DNA of 64,000 nt, taken from Polymyxa betae A26-41. Taxonomy: Eukaryota > Protista > Endomyxa: Phytomyxea. Below the pieces are notes generated by a model. It saw only the letters and a list, made by a program, of their open reading frames with translations, made no database searches and had not been told where the DNA came from. Numbering within the stretch: the stretch's first letter is position 1; the number at the start of each line of letters is the position of its first letter. The position numbers and the translations under genes were made by a program. The stretch covers positions 1 through 64,000 of the forward strand of contig RBZT01000721.1 in NCBI GenBank assembly GCA_003693705.1, written 5' to 3'. Of this stretch, positions 23,147 to 36,630 are shown in pieces.

Positions 23147-26100
23147 ATGAGCGCCGAGGATTCCGGGTCAGGCTCAACGCCGTCGACGGCCGTGACGAGG
23201 CCGGATTCGTCGCTGACACTGTCGCTAAACTGCCGAAAATGCAATCTGACGTTTAAGGTTTGGGCCGGTTCCAGGTCTGTGACATGCTATTGATGTCAGG
23301 CAGTAGAAACGAGAGCAGCTAGCTAATCACCTTCAGTATTTCTGCCAGGGCGGCAAATATTCTGACATTGATGCGGTCAAAAATTCTTTGATTGTAAATC
23401 AGAATATGTCGGTGGATAATCTTCGTCAGATACTATCGAAAGGCGTTAGTGCTATAGGCGATGTCTCTCTGGGTGCGCTTCGTGAGCGTATCCGAAATGA
23501 CACTACGTCGCTGGCAGAAGTTAAATCGGAAGTACTCAGATCGCGTCAAGCACAGCTTGCAGTGGAGCTTCGTGATCTGAAGGTGAAGCACAGCAAATCT
23601 GTTTTCGACCGTATGCAACAGCAATCTAAAGTCGATCATTTACTCACCGATATCAATAACGAGCGAGGTGCTGAGATCAGAGTTAGAATAGAACGCGAGC
23701 GACTCCGTGATGCCTTGAAACGCATAGAGCAAACTGATCTGATGGCCTTAGAGCAAGAAAAACGTCGTGATTTAGAAGAACTGATTAAAGAGCAAGAGCT
23801 ATTAAAGCAAAAGGAGACTAGCGCCTTGCAAGAAATTGAACGATTGATGCAAATGATTCAGAACGCGGAAACCAACAAGAAAGAAAAAGACGAACGGCAA
23901 TTAAGCGATAATGGCGCTGAGGGTAAAGACATTCGGCTGAAGTTTGCTCGTACTGGAGAAGAGCTTGGAAAGCAAGCTGCTCTGCTTCGTCTCGAACGCG
24001 AAAACAAGTTAGCTGAGCGCGATCGGATCGTGCAACGCTTGAAAACCCCAATCGCGGATAATGTACAACAACGCGAAGAACTTATAAACAAGCTGAAAAC
24101 CGACCAGGTGTGTGTGTAACGATTGGATATATTTGTCATCTGTGATTGAGTGAACCCAGAAAACAGAGATGAATCGACTAGAGCAACTCAAAGCAAAACT
24201 AAATCATTATCGTCAAGAACAAGAATCTATCACGATGAAATTATGGGAGTTAGATGCCGACCCTATCGATGACCATGAAAGCGAATCTGTTGCTGAACCT
24301 GTAGTCTTAAAACCAAATGATCATGTTCCGCCACAGTCAGCAATTTCTCAATCAAAATCGGATTCACACCACACCGATGTTCCCACTTCACAACCAAAGC
24401 AGAAACCAGAACCTCAAGCGAAAAACACTTCTGCTGACGTCAAAAGCGCTGCTGCTCAGATAGCAATCGCAAGTGAGCAAACTGTGAATACTGCAGACGG
24501 AGACATGAAGAAGCTGTTGAAAGAAATCGAGAACTTAAAGAAAACTGTGAAGGAGAGCCAGCAGCAGCCGACGCCTTCTGTTCACCCGGAATATAATCCT
24601 CAGTGCACCCAACCAAATCACCAACAGTATGCTCACAATTCAACTCCAATGCAAACGGGACCAGGGACATCTCCGTTAATTATGCAATTACAACAGCAGA
24701 TGGCCCAAACCCAATTAATACTTCAACAGCACCAGGCTGAAAACGCCCGCCTCTATCAGGAGCTGTCAGATTTGGATAGCAGTCATGAAACGGCTCGATT
24801 CGATCAACAACGTCGTGATTTCGAGTCCACTTTGCGTCTACTGACATCGAAGTTACAAGGGCAGCTTCCACAAAACATTGTCGTAGACTCGTAAGAATCA
24901 TCAGAGTTGCTTCTTGAGTCAAATAACATTATTATAGGAAACCCGACGAATCGAGACTTGGTTTTCGCTCGGCTCCGCCTAACTCTGAGCTTTACAAAAT
25001 TGAAATGGAATATCAGACGAAACTAGCTAGGCTCCGATATCAAAAGGAATTGCAAGCGGAGGAGCTTGAGTTAGCTCGGATTCGTGAACAAAATGCAATC
25101 AAGGCAAAAGAGATTGAGGAGGAGCGCCGCCATGCTGAATACATGGCGGAACAGCGACGAAAATTAGAGAGGCAACGTATAAAGCAAGAGCTGGCAAGAG
25201 ATTTGGTATGTTGGGTATTCTCCTTCATTATTGGGTTTAAATCATCGACTTTAGCCTCTGTCTGATTTCAAGGTGCCAAGTAAATCCAATTACAATCCTC
25301 TTGACGGGTTCCTAATAGTATGGGATTTCGTCTATGGGCTTGATAAGTCTATTCTGTCTGTGAAAGTGGCCCATCAGATCCTTGATGGAGGTAAGGTAGC
25401 TTTGCTCCGATGATTCTCTGTCTCAAACGACGTGTAGGTTCGCCCAAATCCGAAGTTTCTCAAAGCGACATATTTGAGACCCAGCCTGATGGGCCATCGC
25501 CCAACTCCAACCGTCTCTGTATTTTTGCCGCTACCAACCATATTAGTCGTATTCCAGCTCTCCCGACCCTGAAGCTGTTAGTGGAGGTCCAATCTGCAAA
25601 TTCTGTGAAGAAAGAGAGCGTCGGATGGACGTTGTTTCAGATTTTCTCGGAGCAATCAGCTCTATTATCGGGATTGTGGCGAGCTCCCTTATACACGGGG
25701 CCAATACGTCGCGATCTCGTACCAAATAATCTGGGCGTCAACCTCTCTGCCTGCAAGCATCCCACAGCACAGTTGTTCCTCCGAATAGCGGCGGCTAATG
25801 AGGGCAATATACAGCCCGGCGGAGATCCGAATCTCGTTATGCACTTGTATAACGACCAGGCGCAAATTCGATCGACATTACCTCGCGAATCTCGTTCAAA
25901 CAGCGCAAGCCTTTCTCGGCCACTATCTGCTAGATCCGATATAAAGCAGCAGCGTGATCCGACCCTGTCATCGATCGCAGACCTTGCTAAGGACGAACCG
26001 CAGCAAAACGCGATTCCGACAGCTGCTGATATCGGAATTGGGATCCGCTCTGCCGAGCTTCCCGATACAATCTACGCCCGAGTTCGGATCTCTATTGGGT

Positions 26101-28427
26101 CAGAATTCACATGGACGTCGCCGTACGCCCAAGTCGGTGCCGATGGTGATCTGGGGGTATTTCGTTGGGAAGCGCCTTGCGTTTATCGCCGCTGTCCAAT
26201 TGAAAGTGTCGTTGTGCTAGACATCGTAACTCGACCCGACCGACCAGCATCAGCTGCTTCATCGTTTGAGATAAAACCAGGCGAGGTTATGCTGGGCTGG
26301 GGCACTATAGACGCCATTACCCCAGATAAACAGCTGCGTTTTGGATCTTTTGATATTGCTCTGGTATCTCCTCCTGTGTCGCCAACACTGAAACCAGACA
26401 CCGCCAGGATAGAGAATGCCATCATCAGCGTGTATTTGTTCTCGCCGGACGCCCCGCCAGTTTTCCAACCTGTGTCGCTGCTGATTGACGAATCAGTCGG
26501 ATCATCGTTCTCGGTGCTTCCATGGGTCGATTGCGCTCGTGTACTACACCAATCAGTTTCGGTTCTGAACTGAACTAACGCATGATTTAGGCTATCTCAT
26601 TGAATGAGCCGTTGTTCGATCGAGGAGATGGATTCGATGTTTATGTGGATTCGTGTCGGTTTCTACCCGATAATGTGCTCGCAAGCCGGGTACGATTGGA
26701 AATGTGGACCTGTGAACTTGGTGTCAGCGTTGGTGGCCCAACCACCAAAGTGTGCTCAGTAGAAGGGATTATTCGTAATCCAAAGTACGATCTTCGACGG
26801 GAATACAGAGCCCACGCTTTTAATCCAACATGCACCATTGGTAAGGCTGTCAACTGTTAACATCTAATTATATGATTGATTTCAATCGTAGAGATTATTG
26901 TTGAAGGCATTGAGCGGGATTCTCGGAAACTCAAGGTCTGACGTCTCATGTGCGAACCCTTTTCTGTGATTGACATAATAAGCGTAGTTCGTTGGAGTTG
27001 CAGCTTTAAATGTGTTTACAGTACGAGGAGCACAGGCTCAGCCGACTCAAGCCCAGCAACAGGAGTTCTGTTTAAACAGCGGAAATTTCCAGCTCCCATT
27101 GTATGCTGAGCTGGTTCGATCTAAAGATGTGTTTTTAGCATCTTCCTATTCCAATCTTCCCAGAAGTACTGAAACCCAGCTTATTACTCGATGCCGCTTA
27201 CTTTTCTAAATAGTTCCTTGTGCTACTGTTTTGGTTCGTATTGTTCCAGCTGCCAAATCGAAAGACCTCGGCGAAGTGTTAAGTACGAGTACAACACCAG
27301 AATCGGCCTGGGTTGAGAAAGGATTGGTTTCACCGGCTCCGTCATATAATGTTGGGTGAGATACCTCTTTCTTTCAGTTTTCAAGGAAATTGAGACCAGT
27401 CTGATACAGAAAATACGATTCATCAAGATGTCGTCCGTCAGCATTAGAGGTGAAGCTCTATAACATGATCTCCAAGAAAGAGTCGGTTTTGGTTGAATCT
27501 ATTCTTGACCAATTGGGAGACGACGCTGAAGTAATTATACAGCAAGGCACACCTGCTGTGCAGGCTTGGATTGATCAAAAATTCAACCAACTATCGCCTC
27601 CAAACGGACAAACTGCTCAGCCACTGAATCTGTCCCGATTTGCACCGTACCAGCCGTCATTTGGTTTGTGCATTGCTATTGATGGAGCCTGGTATGTGGG
27701 CGACGGTAAAGCTTTACCCTTTGTATTATACTCGTTATCGCCACCAGGAGACTTCTACAAGCCATTCCGTTTGACAGACGACGTCCAAGTCACTGGGCAG
27801 TGGGACTGGGATAGCCATTTACGTTGGCCGTCGTTCACTTCTGGTTATACGACTTTCCGAGATTCCGAATACAACGAGTTTGCGGTTGCGGTCATTGACG
27901 TCAGGCTGCTACGAGGTTCATCCATTGAAGCGTTTGGATGGACTGTGCTGCAATTGTTTACAAGCGACGGATACGTGCAAACTGGCTCATATCAATTACC
28001 ATTGATTATAGGTGCTCCACCACCGGATGTGCTAGACATGCTTCAGAACGAAAGAACCACAGCTGTTTTAATGCGCGAAATGTCCAAACAGGGTACGAAG
28101 AAACGGAAAGCTGCACGTTTGCCAGTTCTTGTTTTCGCAGAGCCAGCATCGGTGCTTGTCAGACTGGTGGACACTCAAGCAGCAGAACTAGGCCCAAAGA
28201 AATATGCATTCAGAAAAATGCAGCTGGAATATGTGGAATGGGAAAGGAGAGATAAGTACGAATGTGACCTGGAACAAGTCAGCCGTGGAAACATATTCGG
28301 TTTGGGCGCAAAACCATTGAGGCTATCGACGTTGAAATCGTCAAATGAAGAGACACTGAATCAGTTTGAAAGGGTCACACTGAAAACGATCGCGGCTGAA
28401 CTCGGAATCGATCGACTGAATACTTGA
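23147..28427 (+). CDS. CCDC17-like protein (N-terminal Zn finger, coiled coil, C2-like domains)
   Basis: CRKCNLTFK|KREQLANHLQYFC, long coiled coil, YNPLDGFLIVWDFVYGL, GFDVYVDSCRFLPDN, LNSGNFQLPLY, IPCATVLVRI. All exons join by GT-AG introns. Confidence 0.75.
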
Positions 28428-28485
28428 AAATATTTTTGGATATATTGAAATTAATGAAAAACATATACTGCACGGATAGCATGAG

Positions 28486-30564
28486 TTATTCAGATTCCTC
28501 CCCTTCATTCACGTTTCCAACCTTATTTCCAGCACTCTTCCGGCATTTACTGGCATATGAGCAATCCCTAAAAAATGCCCGAATCTTCTTTGAAACAGCG
28601 ATACCCATATTCGCTTTGCTGATTCCTTTTGACAGATATTCAATGGATTCTAAAAGCCTCTCTTCCTCGGCCACTGAGCTACACTTATCATACGCTGCAA
28701 GAAGGGCACGAAGGCTTGGATATTTGGCGATGATAGCTTCACACCTATATGAGCTTACTCCAGTAAGTGCCATCAGAAGTGTTCCTGCAGACGGATCAGC
28801 AACGGCAAGTAACAAAAGCCTGCTCCCTACCAAACTGATGTGATTTGTCTGGAATACAAGATTTTTCCAGACGATCATTGAACGCAAAAAAAGGCTCAGC
28901 GTTCGAAGGAACTTGCTCCTTGGCAACTCTCTTAATCAAACCTTTATGGATCGCACATAATAGCCGGATGGAATTGTCAATATCGTTTGTTTGGTAAACG
29001 AAAAATCCATCATGGGCCTACAAGGAATCTTAAACCATCTGGCCTAGCGAGATCGAAAGAATTATACCGACCGACATTCTGGAAATTGCGCTCAGGATTG
29101 ATTTTGGGTCGACCAAGTTTCCTGAATTTGTATCGCCCTCGAGCAAATAGACAACATTCAGACCAGTTCTGAATGGACTGTCACTTATAAACACAACATA
29201 GACACTTGCATCTTAACTGCTTCAACCGAAATTTCTGCTCTTCGTAACGCATATCGCGAATACTTCCACTTAAATCGGCGTCTTTTTTTCTTTCCACAAT
29301 GAAAGGAAGCATAACAGCGCCTACAAGCCCCTGGGACGACCTCCGCTTTGCCACCCAGCAATAATCACCAATCGAAAGCCGGGCTCGTTCCACTTTGAGA
29401 TTTCGAATTTGGAATTCAGCTAGGACCATATTGCGGTTTTCACGAAACTAATTCATTCCTCAATTTGAAGCAAAAATGAACGATATTTAGACGAATACTT
29501 GCTCTGCTGTGTCAACAATGAGGACAACCTGCACGCAACTAAGCACAACTAATGTCAGCCCACCAGCAGACCCTTACTTCATATTCCGAGCTATCTGCGG
29601 AGGAAGCAGAGACCTCCGAAACCGTTCGTTGCAGGCTGATTTGCGATGCTGGCTGAACAGCAACATTGCCAGTATTCACATCCGGTCGTTTCAGCCAACT
29701 TTCCAGCAATTTCTTGCCTAGCGTTCGTCCCGCATCGGTGAGCTGATACCTGATCGAGAACTTGATGAGCTCGAGTCACGAAAGGTTCACGATTGTCAAC
29801 CGTGCTGGCGATCCCGATTTCATGACGAGCTCCTTATTGATGAGAGTCGTCATCCCGCTCCAGGCGTTGTAGAAGTTAGACCCGGTACCATTCACATCGA
29901 CGGCTGTGAAACTCGTCTCCGAATACGGCTGGGCGGCAATGATCACTTCCCCTTTCCGATAGATTCGATCTTCTTTGGCCATGGCAATAAGAATCGCATA
30001 AGCGCCAGACTACGGACGATTAACAGGCATGATTACGAGAATTAGAAAAATGCAACCTGAAATCTGGGAATATATTCACGTGAAGCAGCAGTTCGGGCCT
30101 TTTTTGCAGGACGATTTGGTTGTTCTGAAGTAATGGGCTCTTCTGTCACGCTTAATTCGACTGAATCCGCCTGGGAACTCGGCAGCAGCGTCAGGCCATG
30201 GCTTCGAATGACTTTTTGGATCTGATGATTGTAAATTACGATGACTGAATACAAACATTGCTTGCAGAACCTCGACGCTCAAATAAGTGCCGACATATTT
30301 CAAACGTTTGATATCGTCGATGGATTTGATTGGGAGCGGCGACTTCTGGATCGATTGCAACGCCTGAGCCACACTAAACCGTTGGGCGATCAGGAGCGCC
30401 GAGAGCAGCACCTTTTTGTAAGTGCTGATAATATTCAGATTGGCATTCTTGCTCTGAACGGCGGCTTCAATGACCTTCTGGACGCCAGCGGCTATGAACT
30501 CGTTGTATGGACAGACGCAGGCGCCCGGCGCCGCTGCCTGTTTCGACTTGGCCTGCCTGGCCAT
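28486..30564 (-). CDS. MUS81: Crossover junction endonuclease MUS81
   Basis: N-terminal HhH (YKK|ALQSI.KSPLPI...LKYVG), winged helix (YIPRFQ|SGAYAILIAM..FYNAWSGMTTLINKELV), ERCC4 nuclease (LSIGDYCW..IVERK..DL..SIRD.RY.EQKFRL) and C-terminal HhH. Confidence 0.93.
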
Positions 30565-31601
30565 GACGATCGCATCGACAAATGAGAAATAAAACACCGT
30601 ATAGAGAGACTCTCTTCTCCTTTCCAGTCTAAGAGCAAAGAAGACCAAGTCTGTATGAAAGGACCCCATCATCACCCCATCACCCCATCGCCCCATTGTC
30701 ATCTGCTCAGCTCGTATAAAAATTTCGTCAAAGTTTCCGACATGTTCTGGTCGCACCATCGTTCCATTAAGGATAGCGGCGGTTTTGGAATGGAGTGATC
30801 ATGTAAGGAACAAACGATTACTACGGTCACAAAACGTCAGCGATTCTCACATTCTACAGCCTTCCACACTCTCAAACGCGTTAGAAAAAACTCGATATGT
30901 ATCAACGTAAAGCGAAGTTCTTCCGAAAGCAACTCAAGTATCTTTGATAGCAGCCATCTCCTGCGTTTGAAAAGTTCCAACAGTCTGGCCACTCTCCAGT
31001 TATTGTCGTATGGAGTAATGACTTTTCTGAAAATAATTTTGAAAATCAATGATGGTTTAGAAAATTGTGGATTTACGAAGTCGGTTTTTAGAGTGATTTA
31101 TATCAGAGTTTTGCTATTAATTGAGAACTGGTTTTGGAAAGTTAGGGTTTTGTTAACTTGGAACTGATTTGGAACTTGAAGGTGGGACCGTATGGGCGAG
31201 AGCAAACCTACTCAGCGGCCTAGCACTTGGGCACAAAACCATCACAAAGGGACAGAACGCTGTCCTCGTGGCTGCAGCCGAAACAATGGGAAACCCAGAG
31301 AGCCTCGTAAAGTCACTTCAGCGCACGCTCAGATGAAGATCGGCAGATTAAAAATCTTCCCGCCCCGCATCCACCACAGCGAATACTCTTGGCTGGATTT
31401 CAACAAGGACAATCGGTTGAATCCATCAAATTGGACTCGCCGCAAACAGCAAAAGAAGTCATTTGTGATATTTGGACAGGAGCAAACTAGGCAATCGAAC
31501 GAAGCGATATCTTCATACAGGTTACCTTAAAGGAGCGCAGCCCATCCAAAGACTCATCTAATTGCACGCCCCTTTACCAGAGTGACATTATATTAATAGG
31601 G

Positions 31602-33065
31602 ATGTCGTCAGACGATCTGTTGAAATCGTTCTGGCTGCTTTGGGCATCGCAAGCGTGCTCGTTGCTTGGCACCGATCTGACGCAGTTCGGATTGCGATTA
31701 TGGGCCTATAACCATTCGCAGAGCCTGAGCCAGTTTACCTGGATTGCATTCTTCGCCGAGGTTCGATGTTATCTTGCTGTCAGAGGCCGGTCAACGTCTT
31801 CAGGCGCCCTCATTGCTGCTTTCACCATTGGCCGGATTAGTAGCTGATAAATGTTCACGAAAGCATGGTATGCGATAGTCGCAACAATACCAAAAAAGGC
31901 TAAAGACAGCTTAGTGATGATGGTTGCCGATACTGTTGCGATGCTATCGAATCTGTGTCTGCTCTGGCTATATACCTGTGGATCTTTAACTATGGCCAGC
32001 CTGTCCATAGCCATTGTCATCCAATCGATTTGCAGTTCGTTTCATTGGCCGGCGTTCATCGCAACAATGTCGTTGCTGGTGCCCAAAGAGAAACTCGTCC
32101 AATACGGAGCGTTAAATGAGGCATTGCTGCATCTCAACAACAAGTTTGCTTCCTATTCACAATGTAATTTGTAGGTCGCGCCGGCCGTTGTCATGATGCT
32201 TGCTCCGACAATCGCTGCCTTTATCCTATCGGTATCTAACGACGAACTCCATGTCCTGTTTCTCATCGAGTTCTCAACGTTCATCATGGCTTTCATGGTG
32301 ATGCTCTTGATCCGGGTCCCCAACCCGCCATCGCAAGGACCAGCATTACCCAATTTTGTTCGCGACATCCTCGAGCCATTGCAATTCATCTACGATCGTC
32401 CTGCCTTGTGTCTGCTGATTTGCTATCTGTTCTTGAACAGCTTCATCTCGGGCATTAATCAGATTCTGACGACGCCTTATCTGCTGTCGTTTTCTGATGC
32501 GACGTCTCTTGGGCTGGTCATCACAGTATCTGGGCTTGGCGGAGTATTAGGTGGGTGTGCTCTTAGCATGCTCGGCGGACCGAAATCCAACCTGGTTGGC
32601 GTCCTGACAGCAACATCCATTCAAGGATTGCTTCTGGCGATAACAGGGTTGGCGCCGAGCAGTGTTCTGCAAGGATGTGTTGGATTTCTATACACTCTGT
32701 TCTTGCCGATGTTGAGATTATGCAGGGTCGCTATATTTCAGAGAAAGACACCAGCCAGAATGCAGGGACGAATCTTCTCTCTACAGAGGGCAGTAAAACA
32801 GCTGGCGATGCCTCTCGCCTCAATCAGCAGCGGTTTTCTGGCGGATTGCTTTGAGCAGCTGCTGAAAGACGACAACGCCTATCTAGCGAGCAGTATTGGG
32901 AGGATCATCGGTGTTGGCAAGGGCCGAGGAATTGCCCTATTGTTCATCAATCTGGGAAGTTTCATCGCCATAGTTAGCATGCTCGGATTCCTATATAAAC
33001 CTCTTCGCCTGGTTGAAACGGAGCTTCCAGACCAAGAACATATTTCTTCCAAGAAGGTCGAATAA
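31602..33065 (+). CDS. MFS transporter, DHA3/macrolide-efflux-like
   Basis: FWLLWASQACSLLGTDLTQFGL.LW, AGLVADKCSRKHVMMVAD, FHWPAF.A....LVPKE.L, FQRKTPARMQGRIFS, IGVGKGRGIALLF; three introns. Confidence 0.9.
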
Positions 33066-33355
33066 TCTCCACCCAAATTGACGCTTGCCTGCATCAATCG
33101 CTACGAATAGCAGATAATTGCTATCAAGAAAATCCCTCTATACTTATGTAATGTTTTGTAGTAAACGACATGACTAGTACAGCATCGTTTTGTTGAAGTA
33201 GTCTCATGCCAGCTGGATCATCTTTTTACATATAGATTGGCAATGCTGAAGAGCGTTCTATGGTGTTGCGCATTGTTAGGGTAACGTGGTACTGATAACA
33301 GAGCCCGATACCTCTCTGTCTTGGTCATTTTCATAATGGCATCATAGTCCATGTC

Positions 33356-36300
33356 ATGAGGCCAGACGAAGTCGTCGAGATCGTTAATCTCTGTGACTCG
33401 GATTCAGAGCCGGTCACCTCGACCCCGACGCCCTGCCAGCGCCCGTCGCCTTTCGACCCGGATCCAGCCGATTCCGTCCCGTTCGTTCGCCTGGGGACCA
33501 TCACGACCCGTGTCACGATCTCGGAAGACGATCTTGACCGTTTATCAACCAAGCTGACCATCAAGCGAGATAGATTATCGACCGAATTCCAGCTTGCCGT
33601 ATTCGCTTCGGATGACGACCTGCCTATCGGCTATATCGCCCGAGAGATTGCCCATCTTTTCGAAAGGGCTCTTGCTGGAGATTATCTGAAGCTATTTGCC
33701 GAAATCTCTCAGAACGCTTTTAAACGCCTGCGATCCGATGGCGTCGCCGTCGGCGCTCATTTCATCCCACTGATCGTCGTCATTACAGTTCGGCCGTTGT
33801 TCATCACATCTGTATTTCGAATGCTACGACAATCTCGAGCTCCATTCATTTGCGAACCTGCAATACACGCCATGATCCAGGCACAGGCGGCTGCCGACGC
33901 TGCCAAACCCGCTCCTGCTACGATTTCGTCGTCGTCGAGCGCCATCAACCCGACTGATTTATGGAAGCTGTTCGACAGCGCCCTGAATGCGATTCCGAGT
34001 GATTGCAGGTCAATGGAGCCTGATTCCTGCGTTAAGACGCAAATCTACGAATACCAGAAATCTGGGCTGGGCTGGATGATACAACGCGAGCAGGACCATG
34101 TCCGAGCTCACTGATTTTTGTGCTAAACTTCGTGCTGAATCTGCGTCGCAGGCGAACGACGATTTCCAGCACGTTTTCTGGAATAAATTCACGAACAAGG
34201 ATGGTGCCGTCGTCTACCATAACTTCTTCACGCAGGAGTCGTCGGCTGTGCTGCCAACCGGTTTCAAGGGTGGCATTCTGGCTGACGAAATGGGGCTGGT
34301 ACGTCAGCGCGCTCCTCGGCCTTTGAGGCTTGCTGAAGTGAATTTCAGGGGAAGACCTTGCAAGTGATATCGCTTGTTGTGTCGAATTCCAGATCGCATC
34401 CAGATGGCGGGATTTGTTCGTCGGGCCCGACTATGATCGTCTGTCCTGTTAGTGTTGTTGGGAACTGGGTCGATCAGTTCAAAAAGCATGTCGACGGATC
34501 TGCCAAACTACGAATCCAGGTCTATCATGGCAACGATCGATTCAAACAGCAATTAGGTTGTGCCTCTGTGTGTCTCTTTGTCAAATTCGATCTATTGCCG
34601 TTTTGTTGTACTGATCGCTGATATCAGATGATGCGGATGTTGTGATCACCACGTACGCGACGCTGGCAGCCGATTATAAACCCATTAAAGACAGTCCGGA
34701 CGAAAAACGGAAAATTCCAGTGTTCGCAACAAGATGGCTTCGAATTGTTCTGGACGAGGTATGCTCGGATCCGTTGAAGTGTTTCTTTTCTTTGTTTCCA
34801 TTCTGTCATTCTCAACATGTTGTCATCGCTATGACTAAATCACCTGTAGGCTCACATCATCCGATCGCAACGAAGTTTACAGCATGCCGCTGTGATGGCG
34901 ATCGATGCGGATCGTCGTTGGTGTCTTAGTGGGACTCCTATCCAGAACCATCTCGATGACTTCTATTCGCTGCTGAAATTCCTTCGCGCCCAGCCTCTCG
35001 ATGAGTATCGGACCTGGAATGGAGCCGTCGTGGTACCGTTTAAGTCTGGCAGCTCCCAGGGTACAGAACGTGTTCAGGTTTGGGTATGCTGTTATACTAT
35101 GCTGACCCCCTTACGTTGGTGATTCTTCAGGCCATTTTTCGGGCTGTTTGTTTAAGGAGGACGAAAACTTCTCAGCAGACGGACATTACTCTGCCGCCTA
35201 AAAAGGTTTTCATTGTTAAAGTGATACTTTCTGATGTAGAGAAACGTCTCTATCATACTCTGGTAGAACATGGCAGGGTTAGATTACCTTTTTATTCTTG
35301 ATTTTGTGCTAATTTTATGACAGTCTCGTTTCTCTGAGATGGTTAAATCTGGGAAGCTACTGGGCGGGTACGCTGGCGTGCTGGAATGCCTTCTACGCAT
35401 GCGAATGTGCTGCAGCCACCCGGTAATCCACGCCCTTCAATGCGGTCATTCGATGCGCTCAACGCTGTCTCCCAGAACTTAGTTCCATCCCATTTCTTTG
35501 ACAGCTCATTAAGTCCGAACCAACCGCAGCGCTCTGCTGTTGAGGTTTGCCTTCTCTTCATGTTATGAGCAATTCGATTAATCAACCTTAGATCTTATCG
35601 GATATTCTGCAAGAATCTAATGATGAGGATTGCTGTTTCTGCCTGCAGCCTCTAACCGATCCGTGCATCACGAAATGTGCTCATTTATTTTGTCGACAAT
35701 GCATATTGAAATTTGTCGCATCTCATCACGTCTGCCCAGTATGCTCTTCGCCTTTAGGTTCATAAAGCACTCCTTCTCCACTGACTTTCCGCTGACTGTG
35801 ATTTAGACGAGAACTCGATTATGACGCCCTTGAAGAAAAAACAAGCGAAGAATCGAAGCAAATCTAATCAACAACGTGCACCTTATCTAGACTCATCTTT
35901 TATTTCCTCCAAAATTCGGGCTTTGCTTGACCAGCTGAAAGGGTTTGAAGCCAATTTTTTTCGTGCTGAATTGTGTCTTTATTAAAGTCCATTTGTAGAC
36001 TTCGCAATGAGGATCCGACCATTAAATCCGTACTATTTTCGCAATGGGTCGGAATGCTATCGATTATTGAGACAATCCTCACCAGAGAAGGCTTCGTCAT
36101 CAGAAGGCTGGATGGATCAATGTCCAGACAACAGCGCGAGGCTGCCATCGAAACATTTCAAGTCGAATCCGTTCGTTCAACTTCTTCCTTCGACTAAACT
36201 GACCTTAGAACGACCCAGACGTGACGATATTCATTATTTCGCTGCAAGCTGGGAACGTTGGCCTCACCCTGACAGCTGCGTCTCGTGTCTTCATTATGGA

Positions 36301-36630
36301 TCTCTGGTACAATCCTGTAGGTCGACTTTGTGAAAAAAAAAAATCAGCAAAAGTTCAAAATTTTTCTCAAAAAGTCAGAAATTTGTGCAACCCCTGTATG
36401 ACCGATACCTGCAGGGACTCGAGCAACAGGCCATCGATCGGGTGCATCGCGTTGGGCAACTCAAGCCCGTATATATCTACAGGTTCATTGCAGATGATAC
36501 CGTAGAAGAAAAGATCTTGAAATTACAAGAGAAAAAGAAGAATATTATGGAGCAGACATTAGCTTCTGGGCAGCCAGCAGCAAACAAACCGAAAAACGTT
36601 CTAGAGGAGATCAACTATCTCTTTAGCTGA
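33356..36630 (+). CDS. RAD5/HLTF-like SNF2 helicase with RING finger (probable N-terminal HIRAN)
   Basis: [10 protein letters not shown]|GKT, RIVLDE|[35 protein letters not shown]...[35 protein letters not shown]. Confidence 0.92.
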
